NCBI RefSeq assembly: GCF_009914755.1
Contig: NC_060929.1
Source: the human T2T-CHM13v2.0 reference genome, Homo sapiens
Length of the DNA: 64,000 nucleotides
Strand: one strand, 5' to 3'
In this document: piece after piece, positions 1-13,997 of the stretch
Numbering within the stretch: the first letter of the stretch is position 1
How the letters are laid out: every line of letters begins with the position of its first letter
Notes under the pieces: generated by a model
Databases searched by the model: none
Seen by the model: only the letters and a program-made list of their open reading frames with translations
Told to the model about the DNA's origin: nothing
Translations under genes and position numbers: made by a program

Positions 1-225
1 CTCCTTTGCCCTAACTGGAACAACTCAGCAGAGCCATCCCTGCTCCAGAGCTTTCCATGGAATCGCCATAGGCCCCTCTGCCACAGCATCACAGTTCAGC
101 TCCCCGCCATCCCCACCCAGGGCAGTCTGCGTCATTCACTTCCTCACACATGGTCTTCCCAAGAGCACTTTCTAATACACTTCCTGCATGCAATATCTTC
201 CCATTCCTAGGGATGGCTCCTGCAC
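1..225 (+). mobile_element. Old ERVL-type LTR fragment (LTR16-like 3' end)
   Basis: cccaagagcactttctaatacacttcctgcatgcaatatc resembles the polyA-signal region of LTR16-family elements; recalled consensus, diverged. Confidence 0.45.
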
Positions 226-582
226 AACTGGAGAAGTGATGACATCTGTAACTGATATAGGTGAAGCCTGGAAGAGAAGAGAAGCTTGGAGTGGAAATCA
301 AAAGTTGTGTTTTGGTCATGCTAAACTTGAGATGCCTAACTATATCCAAATGTAGATAGGGTAATAGGTGTAATATTGTGGGCTGGCTAGAATATTCTGG
401 ACAAAAACCAAAACCCTCAAGGCAGAGGTATAAGAAGACAGCTGAGCTCTTTCATCACAAAGGCCTGTGCTGAATTCCCCATGAGTCTCTCCTACCCTAG
501 TAATTTTTCAGATAGAATGCTCCTAAATGTGCTTTGCTAACTCAAAGAGATGGCATAGTTAGAACCCTTCGTACTTGGTCTA

Positions 583-1305
<723 letters not shown>

Positions 1306-1359
1306 GGCAGTGATTTCATATTTGAGATATTGTGTTCATTGCAGAGGTGGAGGCAATGC

Positions 1360-1610
1360 AGTACATACATATATTAAACACTTCCTGTGGGCCCGCTTCT
1401 GTGTTCTCGGATTGTATTCCCGTTCTTTTTCAGCCCTTCCAATAGTTCTGGGATGTAAATATTGCTATTGTCTCTATTTTTTTAGAGGAGGCATCTGAGG
1501 ACCAGGGAGAATACCTAGCTTTCCCCACATCATGCAGCTCCTGGAGGAGTTGAGATTTGAGTCCAGGTGCACCTGGCTCCAAGCCCATTCATTTTCCCCT
1601 CTACCATAAT
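1360..1610 (-). mobile_element. MIR
   Basis: Antisense MIR core: ctctatttttttagaggaggcatctgagg...gagatttgagtccagg...ctggctccaagccc. Confidence 0.65.
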
Positions 1611-2879
1611 TAGTGAATTCCTTCAGCAGACTTTTTGAGCACCTACTATGAAGAGGGAAGGGTACCAGAAAGCAAAAGAGAGAGAGCCTGACTTTGTAAT
1701 TTGACTTAAGAAACAAGACAAAAACAAATGTAATCACATGAAGCAGAATAACCTAGAGGGTCCTTCCAGCTTGAACACTGTCTAACTGTCTGAATGGTCC
1801 AGACACTAAATGCAATGGGAGAAATTATCCTGCTCCTTGGCTGTGTCTGAGGGTGTGCATTTTTTCTTCATCTACCTCTACCTGCCGGTGAACACAAATT
1901 TAAGTCCATTCGAAATGGCTGTCTGGACACTCCCATATGATAGTGCATAGCGAATTCAAGGTCAAATCTAAAGTCAAAGTCAGACGTCTTTGTTTTTCTT
2001 CCCCTACTATATCAAGACTCTTACCAATTAACTTGAAAAAAGTCACCAAGTTAACAACTCCAGAGGGGGAAAAAGAAGAAGAAAAAAAAAAAGACTCTTC
2101 ATCTCATCCAAAGACTCTGAAATGGATTTGCTCACAAAACACCAGGTTTCTTTAATGACCTCGAGAGACCTTGCCTGTCACACTGAGCAGTATATCATTT
2201 CATGGAGGAAAAAAAAAGTTTTACCATGAAAAATGCTATGTTGTATCACAGTGTGACACTATTTAAATATCAAGAGTCGAAGCTTCTATTTAGAAAACGG
2301 AAGGCAATAAATTGAGTTGCTAATTATTCCAGCTGTGAATATTTTTGGTACGGCTGCAAATTTTGAAGAGGGCAAAATAGAGGATTTTCCTGTTGTTCAC
2401 GGCATATGCAAATGTAGTGGCAGTCCCCTATGAGCCGAAAGGTTCAGGGATGAGAAACCTTGAAAGCCTATTTTTTTCCTGAATCAAACGGGCTTGAGTC
2501 GAAGCTTAGGGAACTATGATATAAAATGGACTTTTGACTACACTAATTGGGTTATTGGCTTCTTGTTTTTCAAACCTGAGAAGTAACGATTTTAAAAACT
2601 GTAAGTCCTATTTTAAAGGAAACAATTCACTTCTCAACCTAAGCATAAATTCTCAACTGGAAGAAGAGAAGAAGCACATTAGTAACATCCCTAGTCCCTT
2701 CTCTTCCTAGGGGACAGTGAGTGGAGGTGCCTGCAATTCTCCAATCACCAGGCTAATTAGAACGACTCATTCATTCAACACATATTTTAAATCAGCTGGG
2801 CACTATGCTCGGTCAAGGAGATTTAGTAATGGCTAAAATATACTATACACGGCTCCTGCCCTCAAGCCATTAATATCTG

Positions 2880-3100
2880 CATTTATTGACCATTCACTGG
2901 ATGTCAATCTCAATGCTAAGCATTTCACGAATAAACTCACCCAATCCCCCTAACAAGCCCAAGAAGTAGCTACTATCATTCTCAGCCTCCTAGCAAGGTT
3001 AAGTAACTTGCCCAAGATCACACAGTGATAAATATAGAAGCCAGGATGCAAACCCTGGTTGTCTCAGTCTAGGATTTGCAGACTTAAAACTGCCTTCTAG
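2880..3100 (-). mobile_element. MIR
   Basis: aaggttaagtaacttgcccaagatcacacag antisense MIR core. Confidence 0.75.
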
Positions 3101-3272
3101 GTACCATCCTATTGGATTTCTTAAATAATTAAATGAATAATAATCATGATGATGACAATGAGGAAATGTTTCTATGTAGAAAAAGAAGGCTGACTACAAA
3201 CATCAGATGTTTACCAGTCTATCTCTAAAGTACAGGAGATGTTTACTTTCTATTTTTAAAATGTATATACTT

Positions 3273-3565
3273 GACCCAGTGCAGTGGCTCACGCCCGTAA
3301 TTCTAGCACTTTGGGAGACTGAGGATGGTGGATCACGAGGTCAGGAGTTTGAGACCAGCCTAGCCAACATGGTGAAACCCCGTCTCTACTAAAAATACAA
3401 AAATTAGCCTGGCGTGGTGGCACATGCTTGTAACCCCAGCTACTTGGGAGGCTGAGGCAGGAGACTCACTTGAACTGGGAGGTGGAGGTTGCAGTGAGTG
3501 GAGATCAAGCCACTGCACTCCAGCCTGGACAACAAAGCAAGACTTTGTCTTGGGGGAAAAAAAAA
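3273..3565 (+). mobile_element. Full-length AluS (Sg/Sc-like)
   Basis: Dimeric Alu with ggatcacgaggtcaggagtt; degenerate TSD aaaatgtatatactt / aaaaattatatgctt. Confidence 0.96.
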
Positions 3566-6167
3566 TTATATGCTTGTTTTTTTTGTAATGTGTGCATGTT
3601 ATATTTGCAAACAGGAAAATAAAGACAGAACGCTTAAGCGATCACCTAGTTTTGCTACTCAAGTAGGGCTCAGTGGTGCAGTATCCATCATTTTTCTCGT
3701 TATCTCTTTTTTCACCTCATCCTCTATGCTTCTCTCCTTCTGTTTTTGCTTTCTCTCCACGTTCCATGTCTCTGTCTCTGTCTGTCTCAGGACCCTGCCC
3801 CTTGAATTTTGCCTCAACCAGCACCATTCCTTTTCATATCGGAGAGTATATTAATGGTGCCAGAAAGGGTGGTGGTTATTTAACCTCTCTCCAGCTAAAT
3901 GTTTCATTATAACTCCTGAAAACCTAATTACAGTAACTTTACATGCTACAGTACCCTTTATGGGCTGCCTCTTTATTAAACTTACTCTTTTAGAGACAAT
4001 AAACCTGATGCTTCAAAGTGCATGGCCAGAACCAGTGAAATGTAATGAAATCTGGAGTTCTCTAGTGCACACCTGATCTCCCTCACTGAGCACCACAGCC
4101 CCATTCCTGGGGTGTTTCTGCCTCTATCCTTCCCCTAGCTTTTGATCAAATTTCAGACACTGCTTGTATGATAGTCTGAATATTTTAGGGATTAATGGGC
4201 TGTGTATCAATGTTTTCATCCGCTCCTCTGAATACCCATGAGTTTATTTACTGGGGAGGTCAATTTTCTCGGTAGAACAACAGTCGACACCTGGTTTCCC
4301 TGATAACCAGAGTTGCTTTTTTGCACACAGCGCTACGTTGAGACCATTTAAGACTTTTGCTGTATTTCAAAAACGTTTGCTGCCGCAGACTTCGTGAGCA
4401 AAGAACAACATGTCAGTCTGCTCTGTTAGTCATTAGTTGTCCTGGTTAGCTGAGTGGTACACTGTGATGAGATTGTGGGATACGGGGTGAGAGAGAGAGA
4501 GGAAGAGAGAAACAGGAAAAAAGGCATTGACCTTTGGAGTTGAGGCAGCACAATTATTTGTATAGTACATTTCTTTTCACAGCCCTGCTAGGATTTTCCC
4601 CTGGGAATAAAGCCAAAACAACAGAAAATAAGGGGATCCCCCTGGTTGCAAGCTGCAAAATGGTACTTAGTGTTAAGGAATTTTATGTATTTGTTTGTTT
4701 GTTTCTTTGGTGGGATTTAAGGTTAATGACTAAGTTTACTTGTGATTGACTCAGAGAAAAGGGAAAAACAAGAAAAAGAAAAGAAATCTTTTGTTGGAGC
4801 CTCAGGTAGCTTAGCCAGCCTCCGCTTCTCAAAGCTACCACTCTAGATTAGTCAAGCTCCTTCTGTATCATAAGAATAAAATAAAAATTCACAGCCTTTT
4901 GAATTGGTGGGGGCTCTTGTTGCATGGATGTTATGAATGAGGTTTTTTTGTTTGTTAGGTTTCTTTTTAAAATCTTTCATGGTTGTTTAATCAGAGACAA
5001 TGCATGCCCTTAATTTTCTAAGCCAATTTGAAGCAGAAGCCTGGTTAACCAAGATTCTGCCTGAAATCCATGTCTTTGCTGTCACGTAAAGGATACGGGA
5101 GAATGGCTGTTCAGCTTTTAGGTATGCTTCTCAGTTTTTATTAAATGGTTTTGTTTTCACATGAGGAAAAGTGATGACATTTACCAAAAAGGTTGATAGT
5201 TTAGGGTGAAGTGATGATCCCTGTATTCTTAAGAAGTCACAGGAATGCAGGACACAGAGCTGAGAACGCAGAACCTTTGCCTTACTATTCCATCCCAAGC
5301 CCCTAACCTGTGCCTGACAGAATGCTGGGTGCTGTGACCAAAGCTCCCATCCCCCGCATGACATGACTGGGAAGGGAAAGAAGTGTGTGAGCTCCTCTTT
5401 TATTTTTTGTAAGACATCAAGGACTGGTTTTCTCCATCTCTTGGAGTGTTAGCAAACTCCAAGGATGGCACTTTGGGGGCCCCTCATTTGCCTTTCCTTT
5501 CGGAGGCACAAGTGGCCAATTCTGAGAGCAATTGAGTTGTGCTTGAAAAACGTCAAGTGCATTTGGAAACTACACATTTTTGCTGATGCCTGGAGTCCCG
5601 AGCTGAGCTACTTCCATGACCGACCGCTGGGAAGAAGTTCAGTTGGGGCATCACAAATGATTCATCTGAACACACTGAGCAGGCCTCTGAAGGGGAGAAG
5701 CTGTCTTAACAGCCGGTTCAGGGAAAAATCAGGAGAAGTCCCCTAAGCCCTCTTGGTCCTCCCTGTGACCATCTGGCCAAACCATTACCTTGTGGGTCTT
5801 GCTTCATTTTATTTGATTTTCCAGCAGCATGTGACTGAAATCCTTGGGTGAATCAAAGCTTGAGGTTTTTTCAACTTTTTGTTATGAAAAATTTCAAACA
5901 TACAAAAAACTTGGAAGAATAGTACCATGTAAGAATAACCACCTGGTTTCAACGATTGCTATCATTTTGCCACATTTGCCTTATCTGTTTTTATAGAGCT
6001 TGAGAGATGAGATCTTTTTGCTGAATCTTTTGAAATGAAGTTGCAGACTTCATGAAACTTCACCTAAAGACGCCCACATCCAAAGCTTACATTAAAAAAT
6101 ATATATCTACTAACAATCTGGTATGTCCTCTTCAAGTAAGATGCATTTGGAAGGGCATAAAAGTGAT

Positions 6168-6715
<548 letters not shown>

Positions 6716-7172
6716 ATCGAATCTTTCTCTTTTTGTTTGCTGAATTTAATCTTCTAAAGATTAGTGACACCAGGGTGTAACTGTATCATGGGAGAAATAG
6801 GATTCTACTTATCGTTGGTTTTTTGTTTAATCATTTTAAACCCCAGAGACTAGAAGGAAGGGAGGTGATAACTAAATGGGTTTCTTTCAGCTGCAATCAT
6901 CACAGACACCACAGTGCCAATGAGCGGCCTGAGAGCTACATCCTGCGAGGGTTTATGCAGTGCTGAAAAGCATGCAGGTTGTTTTTTCTGTGGAGGGATC
7001 TGGCCTTGCATGTGTAAATATAGACTCTTGCCTGCATGTACATATGCAAACTTGTAAATCTGTTTGGCAAACAGGCATCAACACGGCAGGAGGAGCCTAT
7101 TTTAAAATTAAAAATGTTCACAGCACTATTCTTTTAGCATTCATTATTTTGGTCTTGGAAAAGGTTGTAAGT

Positions 7173-7730
7173 TATTTATTTAACAACGATTTGTTGAGTT
7201 CCCCCACTGTAAGCCAGGCTCTATTTTAGGTGACAGGATGCGGCGTGAACAAAATAATTATTTTAAACTTTATTGAAATTCAGTTCTAACGATGGGGACA
7301 GACAATAAGTAATATGCAAATATACATATGCATTTAATGAAGAAAAATAGGCAGTTATGACAGGGCAGAGAGTAACAGAAATTGAAGGGGCCCAGGAAGA
7401 TCTCTCTGAAAAAGTGCTATGAGAGCAGAGATTGAAGGAACAAGTTGTGCAGATATTTCCAGGCAGAAGGAACAGTAAGTGCAAAGGCCCGGAGGCAAGA
7501 AGATGTGATATGATGGGCAATAGCAAAAGGATAATATGATGGATGGAGTGAGGGAGGACAACAGAGGTGGAAGCTTCAGTGGGAGAGGTAGCCAGAGGGC
7601 AGATCATGCAGAGAGTTGAAGGCCATGAGAAAGACACCTGATTTTATTCTCAATATTATTAGAAGCCTTTGTCAGGGAGAAAGGGCGCTTTGTTTGATGA
7701 CATGTGACCTAAGCTGACTTTATTTTTAGA
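7173..7730 (-). mobile_element. L2 3' fragment
   Basis: atttatttaacaacgatttgttgag..., ttccaggcagaaggaacagtaagtgcaaaggcccggaggca, ggcagatcatgcag are antisense L2 hallmarks. Confidence 0.8.
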
Positions 7731-8139
7731 AGAAAGTGTAGAAAATGGACTAAATTGTCAAGGGAACATTTTTAGGATTTCACGAAGCAGTGCCATATGC
7801 AAGATATAATCATATCCATTTTTCGTATAAATGAGTGTATTAAAAATAACATTAAAGCCAATTTAAACTTCTTATCTTCACCGTGTTGCTCTCATGTTGC
7901 TAAAACATTTCTATTTTCAAGTTATTTATTCTGTCCACAAATATGACTGATGTCCAGGCACTAATGTTTCGACTCTGGAGATAACAGGAGTAAGGAATAT
8001 CTACCAGTTCAAGTGTCCAGGAGTTCACATTCTGGTTGGGGATAGACACATTTAAAATAATTATATATAGAAAGAGATTAATAACACCAGGATATAACTG
8101 TATCATGGGAGAAATAAGATTCTATTTATAAATAGAATG

Positions 8140-8159
8140 TAGATAGATAGATAGAAGAT

Positions 8160-8204
<45 letters not shown>

Positions 8205-8213
8205 TAGATAGAT
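8140..8213. repeat. Compound microsatellite (TAGA)n-(GA)n-(TAGA)n
   Basis: Read directly. Confidence 0.95.
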
Positions 8214-9842
8214 TTGTGAGTGCACAAAATGAAGGGGGCTGTGTTAGAATAGATTCCCCAGGTAGGTGGTTGGAAGGTGGATAGGAGTTAGCTAGGATGG
8301 GTTAGGTGGGACAGAGAAGAAAAAGCCATTTGATTCAATTGAACGGGCTTGTTAAGACAAAGTGTGTCTTTTTGTGTGGCTGAAGCGTGAGTGCATAGGA
8401 GCTGGGAGCACTGATTAGAAACAAGGGTCAAAAAATGGGTAGAGAGCCATGGTTCCATGTTGTAGAGAGCTTGGTTCCATGTTGAAACTTAGGTCTCATC
8501 TTTCAGGCATGGAAGGATAACCACGGATTTGCAAGCCAGAGCACACTGGCACTGTGGCTTGGGAAGGAAAAGGCAGGAAGGCTAAAGGACGGGGTTGGTG
8601 GGTAAGGTTTTCAGAAATGAAATTGTTGGGATTCATTAAGCTATTGGATGGGGAAAGGCAAGGGAAAAGGAGGAAGTTCCTTGGGTAACTGGGAGTAAAG
8701 GAAGTCCAGGAGGGGTGGAGTTGGGCATGTAAAGGAATATAGTCTGAGTTTGGTTGTGACTTGTTCCAGACAGCTGTGAAATGTAGAAGACAAGCTGCCC
8801 AATGCACAACGGGATGTGGGTCAGGAGCTAAGGAGTCATGAGCTAGATAGAAATGGAGCTTTGGAGACTCCAGACCCATCAGTGGTGGCTGAAGACCTAG
8901 AAATTGGCAAGATCACTGAGGATGCGAGAACTGGAGTTCAAATGTTTTCACTCATTAGTGACTCCTTACAATGCCTTTACGTTCCTTTGTTTTCATTTGA
9001 TTTCCTATTTTCACTACTCACTCTGGGAGAATCATTTAAGAAATAAATTCGGAGGACTCCTAAATCAAATTCCGAGGTTTCTCTGTCACCCTGGCTTTCT
9101 GCTGTGGATATGTTCTAGCGTTGTTATAAGGCAGCAGACTATCATTTAGTGACTTAGAGAACTCTTCAGGTGTTTGTTCAACATTTGTCAAGCTTTAAAT
9201 TAAAATCTGCATTTCAGGCTCCTTATGTAGCTCTGAAGAATTAATAATAAAAGCTACTCACATGGGCTGACACTTACTATGGGACACACCTTGGTTAAGT
9301 TCTTTTGCTACGTAATCCTGCATGATATTGTAGGATTAGTGATGCTTTTCCTACACAGTGTTGCAATCCTCACAGCAAGCAGTTATGAGGTACCTGTACT
9401 TTTATTACCTCTGTTTTACAAATGAAGAGATGGAGGTTCTCAAAAGCAGTGTCAGGTACTTGTCAGAAATGGCACGACCAGGACTACCAAGGTCTGTCTT
9501 GTGCTACAATGCTGTCATGAACACCATGCCTAGCTTCCTCTTCCAAAACACCATTTTAAAATGGAGCATTAAAAAAGAGCCATTGGACAAGGAGTCCAAA
9601 GCCTTATTTATGGAATCAAACTTCTAGGCTTTATTTTAACATTAGCTGTGTTAAATAATTCACTAATCAGATACTCATTTTCTGACATGATTGTCAGTCA
9701 TATTGGGTTTGTTTGATCTCTGTGAAGGATTAAAATACTTTCAAGGTTTTATCTGCAAACAGCCAAGATACAAATATTTGTAATGATAGCAATCCTGCCT
9801 TAGAAGCCCACTGGGAAAGCCTGCTAGCCCCCAGAGGCAAGG

Positions 9843-10090
9843 CAGTGTGGTGTAGTAGGTCTGATTAGAGCTTCCAAAGGGTCTAACTGGATGTAAATAA
9901 AAAAATTTTTTAAGTCAGGCAGACTGGAGCTTGAGCCCTAATGACCCGCTTGCCAACTCCCAGCGTCAGTTTTCTCATCTGTAAAACTGAGGTAATAATA
10001 GTACCCACCTGGTGGGATTAATGTGAGGTTTAGTTGCAAGTAAAACATTCAGCATTGTAACTGACACATTGTGAGTGGTCAATAAACTAA
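9843..10090 (+). mobile_element. MIR
   Basis: tcagttttctcatctgtaaaactgaggtaataatagtacccacct MIR core. Confidence 0.75.
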
Positions 10091-10833
10091 GTAGCACCTA
10101 CTGAAGACATCAAGAGAAAGGAAATAACTGTAGTAACATTTTGAAACCTTAGAATTGCAGCTGAGTAAAATTGCAAGACAATGAGAGGACTTCATTCATT
10201 CACTCATTCATTCACTAAAATCCCCCTCTGCATGTTGGGCTTGATGTGGGTACTGGGAACATAGGACGAACAAGGTACAAAATAAGACATAGTCCATGGC
10301 CTCCAGCTGCTCAGATTCTAGCATTTACTTAACTCCTGCCTTAAATCCCACTACACATTTCCTGGAAGACAAGTCATCGTTTTAAACAAGGTCTAGCAAG
10401 TCACATTTGAAGTCTTGTAAGTGGCATGTATAAGAAAGAATCATCAGAGAATTAATGGTCCTTCCTTAAAGTGCCCTTGGAGCGACAGACTCCCGACCCT
10501 GAGGAGGAGCTATATCCTCTTCTACACTGCCTGTTCTACTGTATGGTTCTGCTGTGTGGTTGTCACACCACAGCTCTGGCTAACACGGACACCTTATTCA
10601 ATTGATAGGCAAAGATGATTCCAAAGAAATAATCATGATCACATGACCTTGGAGAAGGCATCTCAGAACAGGAATCAGGATTTCACGGGAGGTGAAAACG
10701 GAACAAGGGTCAGAGACAGTGTAGGGTAAAATGTCAGTACACAGGTTTTATCGAAAGACAGAGCTCTGGGTTTCAGTCCTCAGACAGTTGCTTGGCTTCT
10801 CAAAGGCTAATATCTCCAATCTAAAATGGAGAG

Positions 10834-11181
10834 ATTCTGCCATAAAAATGGAATGAAATAATGGCTTTTGCAGCAACTTGGATGGAGCTGGAGGCCATTG
10901 TTCTAAGTGAAGTAACTCAGGAACGGAAAACCAAACATCATATGTTCTCACTTATAAGTGGGAGCTAAGCTATGAGGATGCAAAGGCATAAGAATAATAT
11001 AATAAACTTTGGGGACTTGGAAGGAACGGTGGAGGGGGCGAGGAATAAAAGACTACATATTAGGTATAGTGGACACTGCTCTGATGACAGGTGGACCAAA
11101 ATCTCAGAAATCACCACTAAAGAACTTGTTCATGTAATCAGAAAACACCTGTACCCCCAAAACTATTGAAATTAAAAAAAA
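10834..11181 (+). mobile_element. 5'-truncated L1 3' end (L1PB-like)
   Basis: ttttgcagcaacttggatggagctggaggccatt...gttctcacttataagtgggagctaagctatgagg...ccaaaatctcagaaatcaccactaaagaactt...cccaaaactattgaaattaaaa. Confidence 0.9.
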
Positions 11182-11300
11182 GAATATATCTGGATTACAG
11201 AAAGAAAAAATTAAAAATTTTAAAAAATAATGAAATGAAATCGAGATATTAAAATATTTAGTTTGTAAATAGTTGTGACAATACATTTCAAGTACCTTTC

Positions 11301-11523
11301 AATAGTAGGTATCTAGCTCTATCCATGTTCCTGCAAAGGACACCATCTCATTATTTTCATGGTTGCATAATATTCCACGGTGTATGTATAGCACATTATC
11401 TTTACCTGGGTGACAAAATAATCTGTACATCAAATGCCAGTGACACGAGTATACCTATATAACAAACTGCACATGTACCATGAACCCAAAATAAAAGTTT
11501 TTTTAAAAAATAGTAGGTATCTA
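11301..11523 (+). mobile_element. Short L1 (old L1PA-like) with 5' inversion; coordinates include the TSDs
   Basis: Antisense L1 segment ~11316-11402, sense 3' end ~11403-11508 (tacctgggtgacaaaataatctgtac...aaaataaaagtt); TSD aatagtaggtatcta at 11301-11315 and 11509-11523. Confidence 0.9.
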
Positions 11524-11846
11524 ATATGTGATAACACTTAGCATCCTCAACCTCATCATCTCTGAGGAGGTGACAGTCATTCAGTTTCCATATTTGCTTT
11601 GAATGCTTTGCAGGTTGTTGTGGAAGATAACAACTAGATGCATATGTGAAAGGAGCAAATTATGCACATTTATGGAATTAATTTATGTCATCATCGAATG
11701 TAATGTTCGCCCCTTCTTCCACTCCAGGGTAAGCTTAGTTAACTAGGATTATGCTAGGACTAGATAGAGCAGAGTGGAAGAAAAATAGCTAAATGTTGCT
11801 CCTTGGCTACCCATGACCACTCTGACTCTTTCCCTTTTCCTGGCAG

Positions 11847-12085
11847 GCACTTCCTCTTCAAGACCTCCTCGGGGAGCACACCCTTGTTCAGCAGCTCTTC
11901 CCCGGGATACCCTTTGACCTCAGGAACGGTTTACACGCCCCCGCCCCGCCTGCTGCCCAGGAATACTTTCTCCAGGAAGGCTTTCAAGCTGAAGAAGCCC
12001 TCCAAATACTGCAGCTGGAAATGTGCTGCCCTCTCCGCCATTGCCGCGGCCCTCCTCTTGGCTATTTTGCTGGCGTATTTCATAG
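11847..12085 (+). CDS. TENM2: Internal coding exon of teneurin-2: end of intracellular Ten_N domain plus transmembrane helix
   Basis: Translates as (R)[79 protein letters not shown], which I recognise as teneurin-2. Acceptor cctggcag|G, donor ATAG|gtaagt, 239 nt, phase 2 in and phase 1 out; CpGs locally retained. Confidence 0.96.
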
Positions 12086-13956
12086 GTAAGTCAGGGCAGC
12101 CTTATTCAGCAACGCTGGGGATGACAACATGAGGGGAGAGGCCATGGACTTGTGAATCTAGAGGCCCTCTGATGTCTGTACAGTTTGCTTCTTGGCTCCT
12201 GAAAGATGTGATAATGAGTGATGGATGGAGGTGATTTTTTCCCTCCTGAAATCCACTTAAATCTGATGAGTTTCTCCTTCATGTTTCTAAATGACATCCA
12301 TCAGAAGGGAAATTAAGCATCCTTACTATATCCTTTCTTGGAGATGAGCTGAGACTTTTCATTCCCGCAAACCTATCCCTCACTCTCAGAGTGGCCTTCT
12401 AGTTTTCTCCATCCTTGGATTTTAACCCAGGTCTGTGCTTTGAAATGTATGCAACATTGGTTAACTTCAGCCAAAAACTGAATTGAAGAATAGTGGTTGG
12501 CATGTCTGAGAACATCTTGATTCGAGAGAAAGCCAAAGTAGCTAGCTTATTTTCAGAGCTGTGGAACAGAAACAGGACTGACAGGCTGGAGCATCCATCC
12601 AGGTCTTTATACAGAATCGAATTAGCCAGACACACTTGGCCTTGCCCATATCCCTTCCACAGCCTCTGTCTTCTCATCCTCAACTCTCTCCTCACCATGG
12701 ACAGCTGAATCTGAATCAGGGTCACCTCTCCTGGCAACTGGGCTTCTGGTGACTCAGTGTATGACATAGGTGAAGTTGCTGGAGTATCTTTCTCTGCATG
12801 CCAAAGGTGTTGGTTTACAGCCATAGGGTGTAGCCGTGTCACCACAGAAAGTGGCAGATGCTGAGCGCCCAGGGGCAGGGTGCCACGTGCATAAGAGCTT
12901 CTCAGGCTGCACACAAAGCCTGCTCACAGCTCCTGGCCCCAGCAAAGAGCCCCAAGGCTGCTGCTCTGTCAGTTAAGCCTGCCAAAGGCAGATCTCCTGG
13001 CTTAGGAAGAGGCCATGGTGATGTTTGTTAAAGTTTATTTGAAACACTTGATGCTTGTGGCTTGGTTTCAGGGCAGCTATGAGAGACCTGCCCAGTTTGG
13101 CTGTGCCATGTTGCAAAGCAAACCCATAAAGCACCAGCTCAATGAAGCTGACTCCAAAACAGTTCCCAACACGTATGCTGAAACTCCTCCCATTTAAGAG
13201 AAAAGAAAAGGCAACCCTGACTGTGTTGGCCTTGCCCCTTCCCTCAACATAAACCCTCCCTTCTCGCTCAGCACTGGGGGCTCCCACACTTCCTTCATCC
13301 CCAGGCAGCAAGCATGGTATCTGCCAAAGAAGGAACTGGCCCAGCGCTTCCCAGACCATTCTCCTAAGCTTGCCTGATGGCAAAGGGGCGTGACTGTGCA
13401 CCCCCACAGATCTGGGGCCCTGCCTAAGGCAGACCAATATGAGCCAACAATTGACATAAATTTTTCAGCTTCTTCCACACTATAGCTGTTCTTGTCTTAA
13501 TATGGAAAAATAAGCATTTATATTCCTTACCAGTTGCATTTCTCAGGAATGCCCTCCCAAAGTGAGAAAACTGACTCTCCAGGGAAAGGTGCCGTGTTCA
13601 TCTGGGGCTTTGCAGAAGTGTAGCTTGCACTCTAAACCACAGCTGTACACGGGAACTGAGGCCTGAGACCCAAGCACCCCTAATTTCGAGTCATGTCTGC
13701 TTCTCACTTACCTCTTGATGAAGGATGAAGTAATGGATTGACCTCAGAAAGGCGGAAGGATATCTGTTGCCCCTCTGAATCTCTTGAGTACATCTTAGTG
13801 TGTTGCTAAAGTAGCTTTGTGTGCTTCTGCAGGTGGCTGTTCAGGGGGCTCCGTGGAAGCAAATTGAATGTGCCTTCGGGGTCTTTTCATGATTTGGTTT
13901 TGTGTCAGAAACTTCAGAAGGGGTTCCTGTGCTCACTTCTCAGGCTTAATGTTCTG

Positions 13957-13997
13957 CGGGGCCAGTGAGCACCACGGGGCCAGTGAGCACCACGGGG
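13957..13997. repeat. Perfect 18-bp tandem duplication (cggggccagtgagcacca x2.3)
   Basis: Read directly. Confidence 0.95.

Noticed and set aside
5105-5127. cttttag|gtatgc as a recursive splice site
   Set aside because: Short pyrimidine tract with a competing AG just upstream and a weaker donor.
11803-12132. 109-aa ORF as a standalone gene
   Set aside because: It starts at an intronic TTG and runs through both splice sites; only 11847-12085 is the real exon.
12399-13437. 171-aa and 154-aa minus-strand ORFs
   Set aside because: No recognisable domain or splice context; ORFs of this length are expected by chance in GC-moderate intron.
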